Shown here: in pieces, positions 31,741-41,941 of the stretch
How positions within the stretch are numbered: the stretch's first letter is position 1
Layout of the letters: each line of letters starts with the position of its first letter
Assembly (NCBI GenBank): GCA_963842085.1
Contig: CAWJET010000001.1
Location: forward strand, 2,368,001 to 2,432,000
Direction of reading: 5' to 3'
Length of the DNA: 64,000 bases
DNA from: an uncultured delta proteobacterium
GTDB taxonomy: Bacteria > Desulfobacterota > Binatia > Binatales > Binataceae
Position numbers and translations under genes: made by a program
Notes under the pieces: model-generated
The model's input: the letters and a program-made list of their open reading frames with translations, nothing else
What the model was told of the DNA's origin: nothing
The model's database searches: none

Positions 31741-32628
31741 CTATTCCCCGGACTTGAAGAACTCGATTGCCTGATGTGCGACGTAGTCGGGCTTTTCCAT
31801 CGGCAGGAAATGGCCGGTGTCAGCCACGTCGATCACGCGTCCGTTCTTGAGCTGCTTCGCGACCTTTCCGGACAATGACGCGCCCAGCGAATCGCCGCGC
31901 GCGCCGAACATTAGCAACAGCGGCGTCGTGCAGCGGAGAATTCGCCCGAGTCCGTCGAAATCTCGCGACGCCTCGTAGAATTTTGCCTCGACCTCGGGCG
32001 CGCATTTTAGTTCGCGCTTGCCGTCGCTCGTCGGGCGCGTGCCGAACTCGCAATAGTCGCGCAGGATGTCCTTTCGCCAGGTGTTATAGGGCGGCTTGCT
32101 CTCGAAGTTCGAGTACATGGCCTCGACGCTGTCGAAAATGCGCCTGCGCTTCAGGGTCCGTTCGATAAACGGATTGCGCCATCCGAGCTCCGGCGCGGTC
32201 GGCGACTCGAAGATCACCGGCTCAACGAGCACCGCGCGAGAGATCAGGTCCGGGCGCTCGCAGGCAAGCGAGCCGATCGCCGTCGCGCCTGCAGAGTGCC
32301 CAACCGCCCGAACACTCGGCCAGCCCGTAGCTCTTATGAACCCTTCGAGGTCCCGCATCGTCCAGTCCCAGTTGTAGTCGCCACCAGGCGCCGCCGAACT
32401 GTCGCCGTGGCCGCGCTGGTCGTAGCTGTACACATGACCGATCGCGCGCAACCGCTCTGCGAGCGGCCGATAGATGCGCCCGAGCAGCCCGGTAGCATGC
32501 AGGATCACAATCGGTGTGCCGTCGCCGCCCCAGTCCAGCGTATGTAATCGGATGCCGTTGACGTTCACGAAGCTCGACTCCGGTTCCCCGAATTTCGAGT
32601 TGATGCCGCGGGATTTGATTTTTTCCAT
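31741..32628 (-). CDS. Alpha/beta hydrolase
   Basis: LHATG, DQRGHGDS, GHSAG, GHFLPME. Confidence 0.9.
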   Translation of the reverse strand: MEKIKSRGINSKFGEPESSFVNVNGIRLHTLDWGGDGTPIVILHATGLLGRIYRPLAERLRAIGHVYSYDQRGHGDSSAAPGGDYNWDWTMRDLEGFIRATGWPSVRAVGHSAGATAIGSLACERPDLISRAVLVEPVIFESPTAPELGWRNPFIERTLKRRRIFDSVEAMYSNFESKPPYNTWRKDILRDYCEFGTRPTSDGKRELKCAPEVEAKFYEASRDFDGLGRILRCTTPLLLMFGARGDSLGASLSGKVAKQLKNGRVIDVADTGHFLPMEKPDYVAHQAIEFFKSGE

Positions 32629-32729
32629 GTTTGAAGGAATCGATTGTCAGGGCATGACTTGCGCGATGTCAAGCGTGAGCTCGCGCCGCGCGTTGCGCGC
32701 CCATCGGCTTTGCGATTAGCTCATCGTTC

Positions 32730-35189
32730 ATGGCTCGGCTGGCACCGCAAGGAAAATACCTCTTCGACGGCGCGCAAAAATTTTACCTTCGCGGCGTTTC
32801 CTATGGTCCGTTTGCTCTGAATTCCCGCGGCGAAAGATATCCCGAGCCCGAGCGCGCCGCCGCCGACTTCGCGCTGATGAGCCGGCTCGGCGCCAACGTG
32901 ATTCGTCTTTACGTTCCACCGCCACCGTGGATGCTCGAGGAGGCGCAAAAGGCCGGACTGCGCATGATGCTCGGCATTCCGTGGCCCTTTCACATGGCGT
33001 TTCTGGACTCGCGCGACATGATGCGCGAAATCCGCGACGCGATCCGCAAAACAGTTCTCGAGACGCGCCAATTCGGCGAGACCATCGCCGCCTACAGCAT
33101 CGGCAACGAGATTCGATCGGATATCGTGCGCTGGCACGGGCCGCGCGCCGTCAGCCGCTTTCTCGCCGAACTCCGCGACCTCGGTAAGCAGATCGATCCC
33201 GGCGCGCTTTTCACCTACTCGAACTATCCGTCCGCAGAATACCTTGATCTGAGTTTTCTCGATTTCATTTCGTTCAATGTGTATCTGCATCGCGAAGAAG
33301 ACTTCCGCCGTTACCTGACGCATCTGATGGGACAAGCCGGCGAGTTGCCCTTGGTGCTCAGCGAATCCGGCATGGATACGATTCGCGAAGGCGAGGAGCA
33401 TCAAGCAGACCTCCTTTCATGGCAGTGCCGCGCGGCATTCGAGCTCGGCCTGTCCGGCTTCATCGTGTTCGCCTTCACCGACGAATGGCACACTGGCGGC
33501 GCCGAGATTACCGACTGGGCATTCGGACTGACCCGCCGCGATCGCTCGCCTAAACTTGCCTTCGACGCGGTCGCCAGAGTCTTCAGCGACCATCTGCCGC
33601 CTCCGCTTGCGGCCGCTCCCAAAGCGACCGTGGTGGTTGCCGCTTATAATGCGGCCTCGACGCTCGGCGAATGTCTCTCGTCGATTCGGGCGCTTAGCTA
33701 TCCGGACTACGAAACGATTGTCATCGATGACGGCTCGACCGACTCGACTTCCGAAATCGCCGGCCAGTCAGGAGTCCGCAAGATTCGCGTCGAGCACAAT
33801 GGCCTGGCCGCAGCGCGCAACGCAGGCGTCGATGCCGCTTCTAATGAAAGCGAAATCGTCGCGTTCATCGACGCCGATGCACGCGCCGATCGCGACTGGC
33901 TGTATCATCTGGTTGAGACGATCAAGCGCCGCGATGCGGCCGCGGCGGCCGGCCCGAATTTCGCTCCCGATCCACAATCCGAAGGCGCCGCGGCGATGGC
34001 CGCCGCGCCTGGCCTGCCGCGCGAGGTGCGGGCCGGCGACGACCGCCTCGCGCAACTGTGCGGATGCAATATGGCAATCACCAAGGCCGCGCTGCGGAAG
34101 GTCGGCCGCTTCGATCCGATGTTTACCGCCGCCGGCGACGACGTGGATCTTTCCTGGCGTCTCGCGGCGTCGAACGAAACGCTCGCGTACGCTCCGGGAG
34201 CGGTCGTGATTCACGAGCGCCGCGCGACGCTCGCTGCCTATCTCCGCCAGCAACGCGGCTACGGCATCGGCGAGGGCTTGCTGTTCCGCAAATATCCACT
34301 TCGCATCGCGGACCAGGACGCAATGTACGCAGGCCCGTCATGGATCGGTTCGCTCCTCGGCGGGGCACGCATTTACTACGGCGCTTTCGGTCGCGGCCTC
34401 TTTCAGACGGTTTATTCTGCGGGTAGCTCGTACGCCGATCTGCCACTGACTATTCAATGGATCGGACTGTCGCTGATCTTTCTTATCCTCGGCGCCATCA
34501 ACCGCTTGCTGGGCGTGCTTGGCGCAGGTGGAATCGGGCTCTCAATATTGACCGCCGCGGCGAGAGCAGCATCCGCGCCCCTGCCGCGCGCGCATTCCGG
34601 ACCAGCGGCACGAATCTATCTATGGATCGTCAATTTGCTCGGCCCGCCGGTTCGCAGCCTCGCGCGCGAGCGTGTCAAATGGCGATTCGAACCCGCCGGT
34701 GCCAGTGCCGAGCGCAACGGTCAGATCAAATTACACGGCCAGATAGGATTGGTCGCGTCCGCAGGCGTCGCGAAGATCGAGTCCGCGACGATCCTCGCCG
34801 CTATCCGCAACGCACTGATTCGCCGCGGCGTCGTCGTCGCCGAGACCGACGGCTTCCAGTCCTATGATCTCGAGCTGGTCGTTGCGCCCATGATTCGCGT
34901 GCCGATAAACGCGCTGCGGAGCGACTCCACAATCGCACTGCTTTGGCGCATTCGATCGGCGCCGCGACGTGCGCTGATCGCCGCGGCAATCAGTCTGCTT
35001 GTATTGCTGGCCGCGGGATTCTCGCTACGCGCGGCGATCCTCCTCGTAACGGGCGCCGCGATGGGAGTAGGGATTTTCGCGCTCACGCGTGCGCGGCGCA
35101 TTCCCGCGATCATCGCCGCCTGCGCCGCCGAAGTCGCTGGCTCGCTTGGAATCTCAGTCGCAGCGCGCCCCGAAGGCGAAACTCGATGA
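32730..35189 (+). CDS. Fusion of a clan GH-A TIM-barrel domain, a GT2 glycosyltransferase and membrane helices
   Basis: RGVSYGPF, IGNEI, LSESG in the GH part; AYNAA, IDDGSTD, FIDADA, GCNMAI, GDDVDL, RQQRGYG in the GT2 part. Confidence 0.88.
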   Translation: MARLAPQGKYLFDGAQKFYLRGVSYGPFALNSRGERYPEPERAAADFALMSRLGANVIRLYVPPPPWMLEEAQKAGLRMMLGIPWPFHMAFLDSRDMMREIRDAIRKTVLETRQFGETIAAYSIGNEIRSDIVRWHGPRAVSRFLAELRDLGKQIDPGALFTYSNYPSAEYLDLSFLDFISFNVYLHREEDFRRYLTHLMGQAGELPLVLSESGMDTIREGEEHQADLLSWQCRAAFELGLSGFIVFAFTDEWHTGGAEITDWAFGLTRRDRSPKLAFDAVARVFSDHLPPPLAAAPKATVVVAAYNAASTLGECLSSIRALSYPDYETIVIDDGSTDSTSEIAGQSGVRKIRVEHNGLAAARNAGVDAASNESEIVAFIDADARADRDWLYHLVETIKRRDAAAAAGPNFAPDPQSEGAAAMAAAPGLPREVRAGDDRLAQLCGCNMAITKAALRKVGRFDPMFTAAGDDVDLSWRLAASNETLAYAPGAVVIHERRATLAAYLRQQRGYGIGEGLLFRKYPLRIADQDAMYAGPSWIGSLLGGARIYYGAFGRGLFQTVYSAGSSYADLPLTIQWIGLSLIFLILGAINRLLGVLGAGGIGLSILTAAARAASAPLPRAHSGPAARIYLWIVNLLGPPVRSLARERVKWRFEPAGASAERNGQIKLHGQIGLVASAGVAKIESATILAAIRNALIRRGVVVAETDGFQSYDLELVVAPMIRVPINALRSDSTIALLWRIRSAPRRALIAAAISLLVLLAAGFSLRAAILLVTGAAMGVGIFALTRARRIPAIIAACAAEVAGSLGISVAARPEGETR

Positions 35190-36964
35190 GCACGCTCGAA
35201 CTCTACGGCCACGCGATCCGCAGGATGCGCCCGCATCTCGGCCGTCTCGCAATCGCCATCGCCGGCGTGCTGCTCGCCTCCGCGACCGAAGTCCTCAAGC
35301 CGTGGCCGCTCAAGATTGTAATCGACAACGTGCTGCGCGGCGCGCCGCTCACGAGCTCCTGGATTCCGCCGATGCCGCGCGCCGAGCTTCTCATCGCGGC
35401 GTGCGTCAGCCTCGTCATCCTGTACGCGCTGCTCGGCCTGCTCAACGTCATGACCAACTACGTCACCATCTCGATCGGCCAGCGCATGGTCAACGAGTTG
35501 CGCGCGCGCCTGTTTGACCACCTGCAGCGCCTCTCGCTCTCATTCCATCGCCGCCGCGAAGTCGGCGACCTGATGGTGCGCATCACCTACGACACCTACT
35601 CGATTCAAACGATCGCGATGAACGGCTTCTTTCCGGTCTTGTCGTCGCTGATCCTGCTCGGTGGCATGTTCGTCGTGATGATCAAGATGGACGCGATACT
35701 GACGCTCGTCGCGCTCGCGATCATCCCGCTGCTGATTCTTCTGATCATGTCGATTAGCGGCCGCATCGACGCCATCGCCGGCGGCGCGCGCATCAAGGAG
35801 AGCCGTCTGTTCACCGTCGCGCAGAGCGCACTCGCCGCCATTCACGTGGTGCAGGCCTTCACGCGCGAGGGCGAGTCCTACCGCGAGTTCGTCGAGTCGA
35901 GCAGCGCGAGCCTGAACGCGACGCTCCGCCTGTACACGCTGCAAACGCTCTACGCCGGCGCGGTCGGCGTGTTGATCGCGTGCGGCACCGCGGTCGTGAT
36001 TTACCTGGGCGCGGAGCACGTCCTCGACGGCCGCCTCACGATCGGCGACCTGATCGTTTTCACCACTTATCTTGCCTCGCTCTACGCGCCGGTGAATCAG
36101 ATCTCCCAGACCTACGGACAGATCGAGGGCGCCAAGGCGGGGCTCCGGCGATGCCTCGAATTGCTCGCGATCGATCCCGAAATCAAGGATCGTGCGGGCG
36201 CGCAGGCGCTCGGCCGCGCGCGCGGCGAGGTCGAATTCGACAATGTCGTATTCGGCTACGAACCCGGCCGAACGGTCCTCAAGGGGATCAGCTTCAAGGC
36301 GTCGCCCGGCGAGACTATCGCGATCGTCGGTCCGAGCGGTTCCGGAAAAACCACGATGGCCAGTCTGCTCGCGCGCTTTTACGAACCGCAGAGCGGCGCG
36401 ATCAAGATTGACGGCAACGACACCCGCTACCTGACCCTCGATTCGCTTCGCGGCAACATCGGCATGGTTCTGCAACCGCCGCTCGTGCTTGGCGACACGC
36501 TGCGCGTCAACGTCGCGTTCGGGAAGCCTGCCGTTGACGACGCGAACGTGCTCCGCGCGATCGAGATGGCGCGTCTCGGACCGGTGCTCGCCAAGCTGCC
36601 GGCCGGCCTCGACGAAGTGATCGGGCAGGGCGGTCACAGTCTCTCCGAGGGCGAGGCGCAGCGCGTGACGATCGCGCGCGCGCTGCTGAAAGACGCGCCG
36701 ATTCTGATTATGGACGAGCCGACCAGCGCGCTCGACGCCGAGACCGAATCGATGGTGCTGGCCGCCGTGCGCGAAGCGATGCGCGGGCGCACCACGCTCG
36801 TGATCGCGCACCGGCTTTCGACCGTTCAGAATGCCGATCGGATACTGGTGCTGCGCGACGGGGCAATCGTCGAGCATGGATCGTTCGACGAATTGCTGGC
36901 TCGCGGCGGTTTCTTCAGCTACCTCTACAACATCCAGGCGTGGAGTCGCGAAGCCGCGGGCTAG
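35186..36964 (+). CDS. ABC exporter, fused permease/ATPase
   Basis: GPSGSGKT, LSEGEAQR, IMDEPT, IAHRL; ATGA overlap with the GT gene. Confidence 0.93.
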   Translation: MSTLELYGHAIRRMRPHLGRLAIAIAGVLLASATEVLKPWPLKIVIDNVLRGAPLTSSWIPPMPRAELLIAACVSLVILYALLGLLNVMTNYVTISIGQRMVNELRARLFDHLQRLSLSFHRRREVGDLMVRITYDTYSIQTIAMNGFFPVLSSLILLGGMFVVMIKMDAILTLVALAIIPLLILLIMSISGRIDAIAGGARIKESRLFTVAQSALAAIHVVQAFTREGESYREFVESSSASLNATLRLYTLQTLYAGAVGVLIACGTAVVIYLGAEHVLDGRLTIGDLIVFTTYLASLYAPVNQISQTYGQIEGAKAGLRRCLELLAIDPEIKDRAGAQALGRARGEVEFDNVVFGYEPGRTVLKGISFKASPGETIAIVGPSGSGKTTMASLLARFYEPQSGAIKIDGNDTRYLTLDSLRGNIGMVLQPPLVLGDTLRVNVAFGKPAVDDANVLRAIEMARLGPVLAKLPAGLDEVIGQGGHSLSEGEAQRVTIARALLKDAPILIMDEPTSALDAETESMVLAAVREAMRGRTTLVIAHRLSTVQNADRILVLRDGAIVEHGSFDELLARGGFFSYLYNIQAWSREAAG

Positions 36965-36973
36965 ATATTTCAG

Positions 36974-37579
36974 ATGCTGACAATTGGTCTCACCGGTGGA
37001 ATCGGTTCGGGCAAGAGCACCGTCGCGCAGATTCTCGGCCAGTTCGGCGCGCCGATTCTTGACGCCGACAAAGTCGCGCACACCACTTACGCGCCCGGCG
37101 CTCCCGCCTACAACGCCGTCATCGATGCCTTCGGCGCGGAGATCGTCGCTCCCGATCGCACGATCGATCGCCGCAAGCTCGGCTCCATCGTGTTTGGAAA
37201 TCCCGAGCGGCTTAACCGGCTGACGTCGATCGTATGGCCCGCGACGTTCGAGAGCATCCGCCGCAACGTTGCCGACTTGCGTGCGAGCGGCGCCACGCAG
37301 CCGATCGTCGTCGAGGCCGCGATTTTGATCGAGGCGAAGTGGCAGCCGCTGTTCGACGAAATCTGGCTGGTGCGCGCCTCGCGCGAGCAAGTCGTCGCCC
37401 GCATCGAGAGCCAGCGCGGGCTCAAACCTGCCGAGACCGAAGCGCGAATTCGCGCGCAGTTGTCCGACGAGGAACGCGCAAAGCACGCTACCCTGGTAAT
37501 CGAAAACGACGGCTCACTCGACCAACTCCGCGAGCTGCTCAAAGAGGTCTGGGCCAAAGCACTCAAGCGCAACGGTTAG
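36974..37579 (+). CDS. coaE: Dephospho-CoA kinase
   Basis: IGLTGGIGSGKST, DAD, IDRRKLG..VF. Confidence 0.95.
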   Translation: MLTIGLTGGIGSGKSTVAQILGQFGAPILDADKVAHTTYAPGAPAYNAVIDAFGAEIVAPDRTIDRRKLGSIVFGNPERLNRLTSIVWPATFESIRRNVADLRASGATQPIVVEAAILIEAKWQPLFDEIWLVRASREQVVARIESQRGLKPAETEARIRAQLSDEERAKHATLVIENDGSLDQLRELLKEVWAKALKRNG

Positions 37580-38352
37580 GCACGAAGCGCGGCCAGCACT
37601 GCAAATGTAACGACCTCAACCAGAGCGCATCCCCCCGCCAGCGTATAGCCCGACGCCCCGCCCATCCGGCGGCTCAGCACCAGGCGCATTGCCAGAATCG
37701 TCAGAGCCAGCGCGACGATCACCGCTAGCCCGACGTTTTGATACAACCCCATCGTAAGTCCCAGCGCGACCACGCTCGAGACGGCAAACTCGCGAAACGA
37801 AATGCCGCCTTCGTACGGGACGCCGAGCCCCCAATGCTCCAGCGGCCTCAGCCCGTAGCCGATCGGGATGATCGCCCATCGCGACAGCATCATCGCCATC
37901 ACCAGCGCGCCTGCCCGGCCGGCGTCGCCGGAAATTCGCGACAAGCACCAGACCTCGAATGCGAACGCTGCCACCGCCGCGCTCACCCCCACCGGTCCGA
38001 TTCGCGCCAACCCCGTCGATGCCGGCCGCGTGCCCCGGCGAAGTACCTCGACCGTGTCCGCGACCCCGCGATTCGCCAGCCCCAGTGAAAGAGCAGCTCC
38101 CATAATCAGCACGACGAACGAGCGTCCGGCCGGTCCCGCCACCAGGCCGGCGGCTCGATCGGCAATCGCGAGAACCGCTCCTAGGACGAATCCAATAATG
38201 GGAAAATAGACCATCGCGCGCGAGCGCTGTGCGGCGGTGCCCTGCGATCTTTCGTCGAGAATCGGCCACAGCGTCAGAGTCGCGGCCGCCAGCACTGCTT
38301 CGAACAGCAGTTCACGTACGCCCGGAAGACTCGTTTCGCTCGTCGATTCCAT
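37576..38352 (-). CDS. CobS-like membrane protein with degenerate motifs
   Basis: LTLWP, YFPIIG, ADT, LSRW, RMGG layout typical of cobalamin synthase. Confidence 0.7.
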   Translation of the reverse strand: MESTSETSLPGVRELLFEAVLAAATLTLWPILDERSQGTAAQRSRAMVYFPIIGFVLGAVLAIADRAAGLVAGPAGRSFVVLIMGAALSLGLANRGVADTVEVLRRGTRPASTGLARIGPVGVSAAVAAFAFEVWCLSRISGDAGRAGALVMAMMLSRWAIIPIGYGLRPLEHWGLGVPYEGGISFREFAVSSVVALGLTMGLYQNVGLAVIVALALTILAMRLVLSRRMGGASGYTLAGGCALVEVVTFAVLAALRA

Positions 38353-38427
38353 CGTGACCGCAGTTCAGGAGTTGATTACAACAGATCGCGGCAAGGCTAC
38401 GATAGGCACAGTGAAAAAAGTGAAAAA

Positions 38428-39342
38428 ATGAAAATCCTGGTGATGGGCGCGGGCGCAGTGGGAGCCTACTTCGGCGCGCGGCTGAGGGCGTCCGGCGAGG
38501 ACGTCGTACTGTGTGCGCGCGGCGAAAATCTGCGCGCGATTCGCGCGCACGGCCTCGACATCACCAGCATCGGCGGCGATCTGCGAATCGATGTCAGCGC
38601 GACCGACACGCCGCGCGATTTCGCGCCGTACGATCTGATCCTGCTCTGCGTGAAGGCTTATGACACCGATGCGGCCGCCGATGCGATCTCAGGATGCCTC
38701 AAGCCGGGCGGTGCGATTCTCACGCTGCAGAACGGCGTCGAGAACGAAGTGAAGCTGGCCGCGATCTTCGGCCGCGAGGCCGTCATGGGCGGCAACGCTC
38801 GCGTCGGCGTCGAGATGGTCGCGCCGGGTAAAATCGTTCACCTCAGTAGCGGCCACATCGACTTCGGCGAACTCGACGGGCGCGAGACTGAGCGAGCGAG
38901 GAAGATCGCAGACGTGTTTCGACGCGCCGGGATTCTCGGCGAACTCTCAGCCGACATCATGACCGCGCGATGGGACAAGCTGATCTGGAACGGCGCGTTC
39001 AACACTGTGACGACCCTGACGCGCCGGCATGTCGGTGAAGTTCTCGACGATCCCGAAGGCGTGAAGCTGTTGCGCACGATGATGCAGGAGATCGTCAACG
39101 TCGCGCGCGCTGAGGGTGCGCGGATTTCCGACGACCGCGTCGAGGCGTATTTTGCACACTCACAAAAGAACCTGCGTGCGCTCAAGACCTCGACCCAGCA
39201 GGATCTCGTACGCGGCAAAGCTCTCGAATATGAAGCTCTGAGCGGTGCCGTAGTGCGCGCCGCCCGCCGCCACAACATCGATGTCCCAGCGGTCGAAACC
39301 GTCTACGCGCTGTTGCGATTACTAGACGGCGCTCCAAAGTGA
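38428..39342 (+). CDS. panE: 2-dehydropantoate 2-reductase family protein
   Basis: GAGAVG, CVKAYD, LQNG, WDKL..N, STQQD...LE. Confidence 0.88.
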   Translation: MKILVMGAGAVGAYFGARLRASGEDVVLCARGENLRAIRAHGLDITSIGGDLRIDVSATDTPRDFAPYDLILLCVKAYDTDAAADAISGCLKPGGAILTLQNGVENEVKLAAIFGREAVMGGNARVGVEMVAPGKIVHLSSGHIDFGELDGRETERARKIADVFRRAGILGELSADIMTARWDKLIWNGAFNTVTTLTRRHVGEVLDDPEGVKLLRTMMQEIVNVARAEGARISDDRVEAYFAHSQKNLRALKTSTQQDLVRGKALEYEALSGAVVRAARRHNIDVPAVETVYALLRLLDGAPK

Positions 39343-39343
39343 A

Positions 39344-40063
39344 TTACCTCTTCTCGAACTGCTTGTTGCCGAACAGTATCTCCCACGATTTCTTGTCGCC
39401 GGCCGGCTGATTCGCCGCCGCCGCCGCGCGCATCTTCTCGACGACGTCGCTCATCACGGCAAAGCCGCGCTGAGTCGCCGCGCGTGCGCGCAATTCGTCG
39501 TACCATTTTTTCAGGTTCGGAAAATCCTCGAGGTTCTGTCCCTGCATCGAATGCGGCACCAGCCACGGGTAAGTCGCGATATCGGCGATCGAGTACTCGC
39601 CCGCCAGGTATTTCGCTTCTCCCAGCCGCTTGTCGATGACGCCGTAGATGCGCCTGGCCTCGTTGGTGTAGCGGTTGATCGCGTACTCGATCTTCTCGGG
39701 CGCGTAGCGGCGGAAGTGATGCGCCTGGCCAAGCATCGGGCCGACGCTCGCCATCTGGAACATCAGCCACTGGATCACATTGTACTTTCCGCGCGTGTCC
39801 GACGGCATCAGCTTGCCGGTCTTCTCCGCCAGGTACATCAGGATCGCACCCGACTCGAACATCGAAATCGGCTTGCCGCCGGGACCGTCGGGATCGGTTA
39901 TCGCGGGCATCCGATTGTTCGGGCTGATTTTCAGGAACTCGGGTTTGAACTGGTCGCCCGCACCGATATTGACCGGGATCACATTGTACTTGAGAGCGAC
40001 CTCCTCGAGCATCCAGGTGATCTTGTAGCCGTTGGGCGTTGGCCAGAAATATAGGTCGATCAT
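39344..40063 (-). CDS. Glutathione S-transferase, YfcG-like (paralog of 14018-14707)
   Basis: MIDLYFWPTPNG, ISPNNRMPAI, GPMLGQAHHF. Confidence 0.92.
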   Translation of the reverse strand: MIDLYFWPTPNGYKITWMLEEVALKYNVIPVNIGAGDQFKPEFLKISPNNRMPAITDPDGPGGKPISMFESGAILMYLAEKTGKLMPSDTRGKYNVIQWLMFQMASVGPMLGQAHHFRRYAPEKIEYAINRYTNEARRIYGVIDKRLGEAKYLAGEYSIADIATYPWLVPHSMQGQNLEDFPNLKKWYDELRARAATQRGFAVMSDVVEKMRAAAAANQPAGDKKSWEILFGNKQFEKR

Positions 40064-40261
40064 CCGCGACTCCTTTTGTGACTAATCGAAGCGACCCGTC
40101 CGTTTCATAATGCAACTTGGATCAGTCCAGCCGGCGACGCAACACCAAAATCAGCAAAGGCTCGCAAGCCTAGCTCGGCATTCGCCTCAAAATGCAGCGA
40201 TGGTAAACTTAGAGAAAGCACCCGTTCAGGTTACGACTGTCGTTTGAAGAGGAACATTCTC

Positions 40262-41116
40262 ATGCAAACGATCCACTACCGCGCTGCCGATGTTAATGGT
40301 CTGAAGATTTCGTATCGCGAAGCCGGTCGGACGGACGCTCCGACATTGCTCTTGTTGCACGGCTTTCCGAGCGCCGGCCACATGTTCCGCGATTTGATTC
40401 CACTTCTCGCCGACAGCTTTCACCTCGTGGCGCCTGACCTGCCGGGCTTTGGTCAGTCGGACCTGCCGCCACGCCACACGTTCAAATACACGTTCGAGAA
40501 CCTCGCCGAGACGATCGACCGTTTCACCGACAATATCGGGCTGAAACGCTTCGCGATCTACATCTTTGATTACGGCGCTCCCGTGGGCTTGAGGATTGCT
40601 CTAAAGCATCCGGAACGCATATCTGCCATCGTCTCCCAGAACGGCAACGCCTACGAGGAAGGGTTGAGCGACGGCTGGAACCCGATCCGGGCATATTGGG
40701 AAGACCCATCGCAGGCGAACCGCGACGCGCTCCGCGCCTTCCTCAAGCCCGAGACCACCGTCTGGCAATACACGCACGGCGTCTCCGACGTGACAAGGGT
40801 TTCGCCCGACGGCTACTCGCTCGATAATTTCTACTTGGCCCGGCCTGGTGCGGATGAGCTGCAGCTCGACCTATTCGGTGATTACAAGAGCAACGTCGCG
40901 CTTTACCCGGCTTTCCAGAGGTATTTCCGAGACCACAAGCCGCCATTTCTGGCCGTATGGGGAAAGAACGACCCGTTCTTCCTGCCGCCCGGCGCGGAGG
41001 CCTTCAAGCGGGATATTCCCGGCGCACTCGTGCGCTTCTTCGATACCGGGCACTTCGCGCTCGAGACGCACGCCGCCGAGATCGCGGCGGCGATCCGCGA
41101 TTTTCTTAGTGGCTGA
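40262..41116 (+). CDS. Alpha/beta hydrolase
   Basis: LLHGFP, PDLPGFG, FDYGAP, TGHFALE. Confidence 0.9.
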   Translation: MQTIHYRAADVNGLKISYREAGRTDAPTLLLLHGFPSAGHMFRDLIPLLADSFHLVAPDLPGFGQSDLPPRHTFKYTFENLAETIDRFTDNIGLKRFAIYIFDYGAPVGLRIALKHPERISAIVSQNGNAYEEGLSDGWNPIRAYWEDPSQANRDALRAFLKPETTVWQYTHGVSDVTRVSPDGYSLDNFYLARPGADELQLDLFGDYKSNVALYPAFQRYFRDHKPPFLAVWGKNDPFFLPPGAEAFKRDIPGALVRFFDTGHFALETHAAEIAAAIRDFLSG

Positions 41117-41231
41117 TTTCGCAACTCGGTGCGCCGACACCTCGCGCGAATTGGCCCGCAGCCGCAGATCCTCGGCGCAAACTTGCACGACGTCGCCGAT
41201 CAGTTGATCGCGCAGCACGAGGAGAGAACCA

Positions 41232-41924
41232 ATGCCTGAGAATGTGAGTGTTGTACTGGTGCACGGTGCCTGGGCTGACGGATCGAGTTGGGCCAAAGTC
41301 ATCGGACCGCTGGCGGCCGAAGGCATCAAGGTACTCGCGGCTCCGTTACCCCTGACGTCGTTTGCTGAGGATACGGCGGCGGTTGAGCGCACGCTGGAGC
41401 GAGCTTCGGGGCCGGTCGTTCTTGTGGGTCACGCCTACGCTGGGGCTGTGATCGCGGCTGCGCGGAGTGAGAAGGTGAAGGCGCTTGTTTACGTTGCCGC
41501 CCTTGCGCCGGACGAGGGCGAGACTGTCGCCGATGTCTTCTATCGTGCCAAGCCTCATCCGCTGGCTCCAAAGTTGGCCCCGGACAATCATGGATTGATC
41601 TATCTGCCGGACGAGTCATTCGCCGCGGCGTTCGCGCAGAATGCCTCGGCTGATGAATTGGTGCTGCTGTCCGCGGTTCAGCGGCCGATTTCGGCTGCAT
41701 GCATCACCGTGCCTGTGAATCGGCCACTCTGGAAAGACCGCCCGACCTGGTTTCTCATAGCGGAGCAGGACCGCATGATCGTCCACGACACGCAGCGCTT
41801 CATGGCGGAGCGGATGCACGCAAGCGTGCGGTCGCATCCGGTAGACCACGCGCCAATCGTTACTGCGCCTGGCCTCGTCGTCGACATTATACGCGAGGCC
41901 ATTGGCGAAGCGATCAGCGGCTGA
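41232..41924 (+). CDS. Alpha/beta hydrolase
   Basis: LVHGAWADGSSW; GHAYAG has Ala at the usual nucleophile Ser position. Confidence 0.85.
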   Translation: MPENVSVVLVHGAWADGSSWAKVIGPLAAEGIKVLAAPLPLTSFAEDTAAVERTLERASGPVVLVGHAYAGAVIAAARSEKVKALVYVAALAPDEGETVADVFYRAKPHPLAPKLAPDNHGLIYLPDESFAAAFAQNASADELVLLSAVQRPISAACITVPVNRPLWKDRPTWFLIAEQDRMIVHDTQRFMAERMHASVRSHPVDHAPIVTAPGLVVDIIREAIGEAISG

Positions 41925-41941
41925 TCGCCAGGGTTCCAAGG

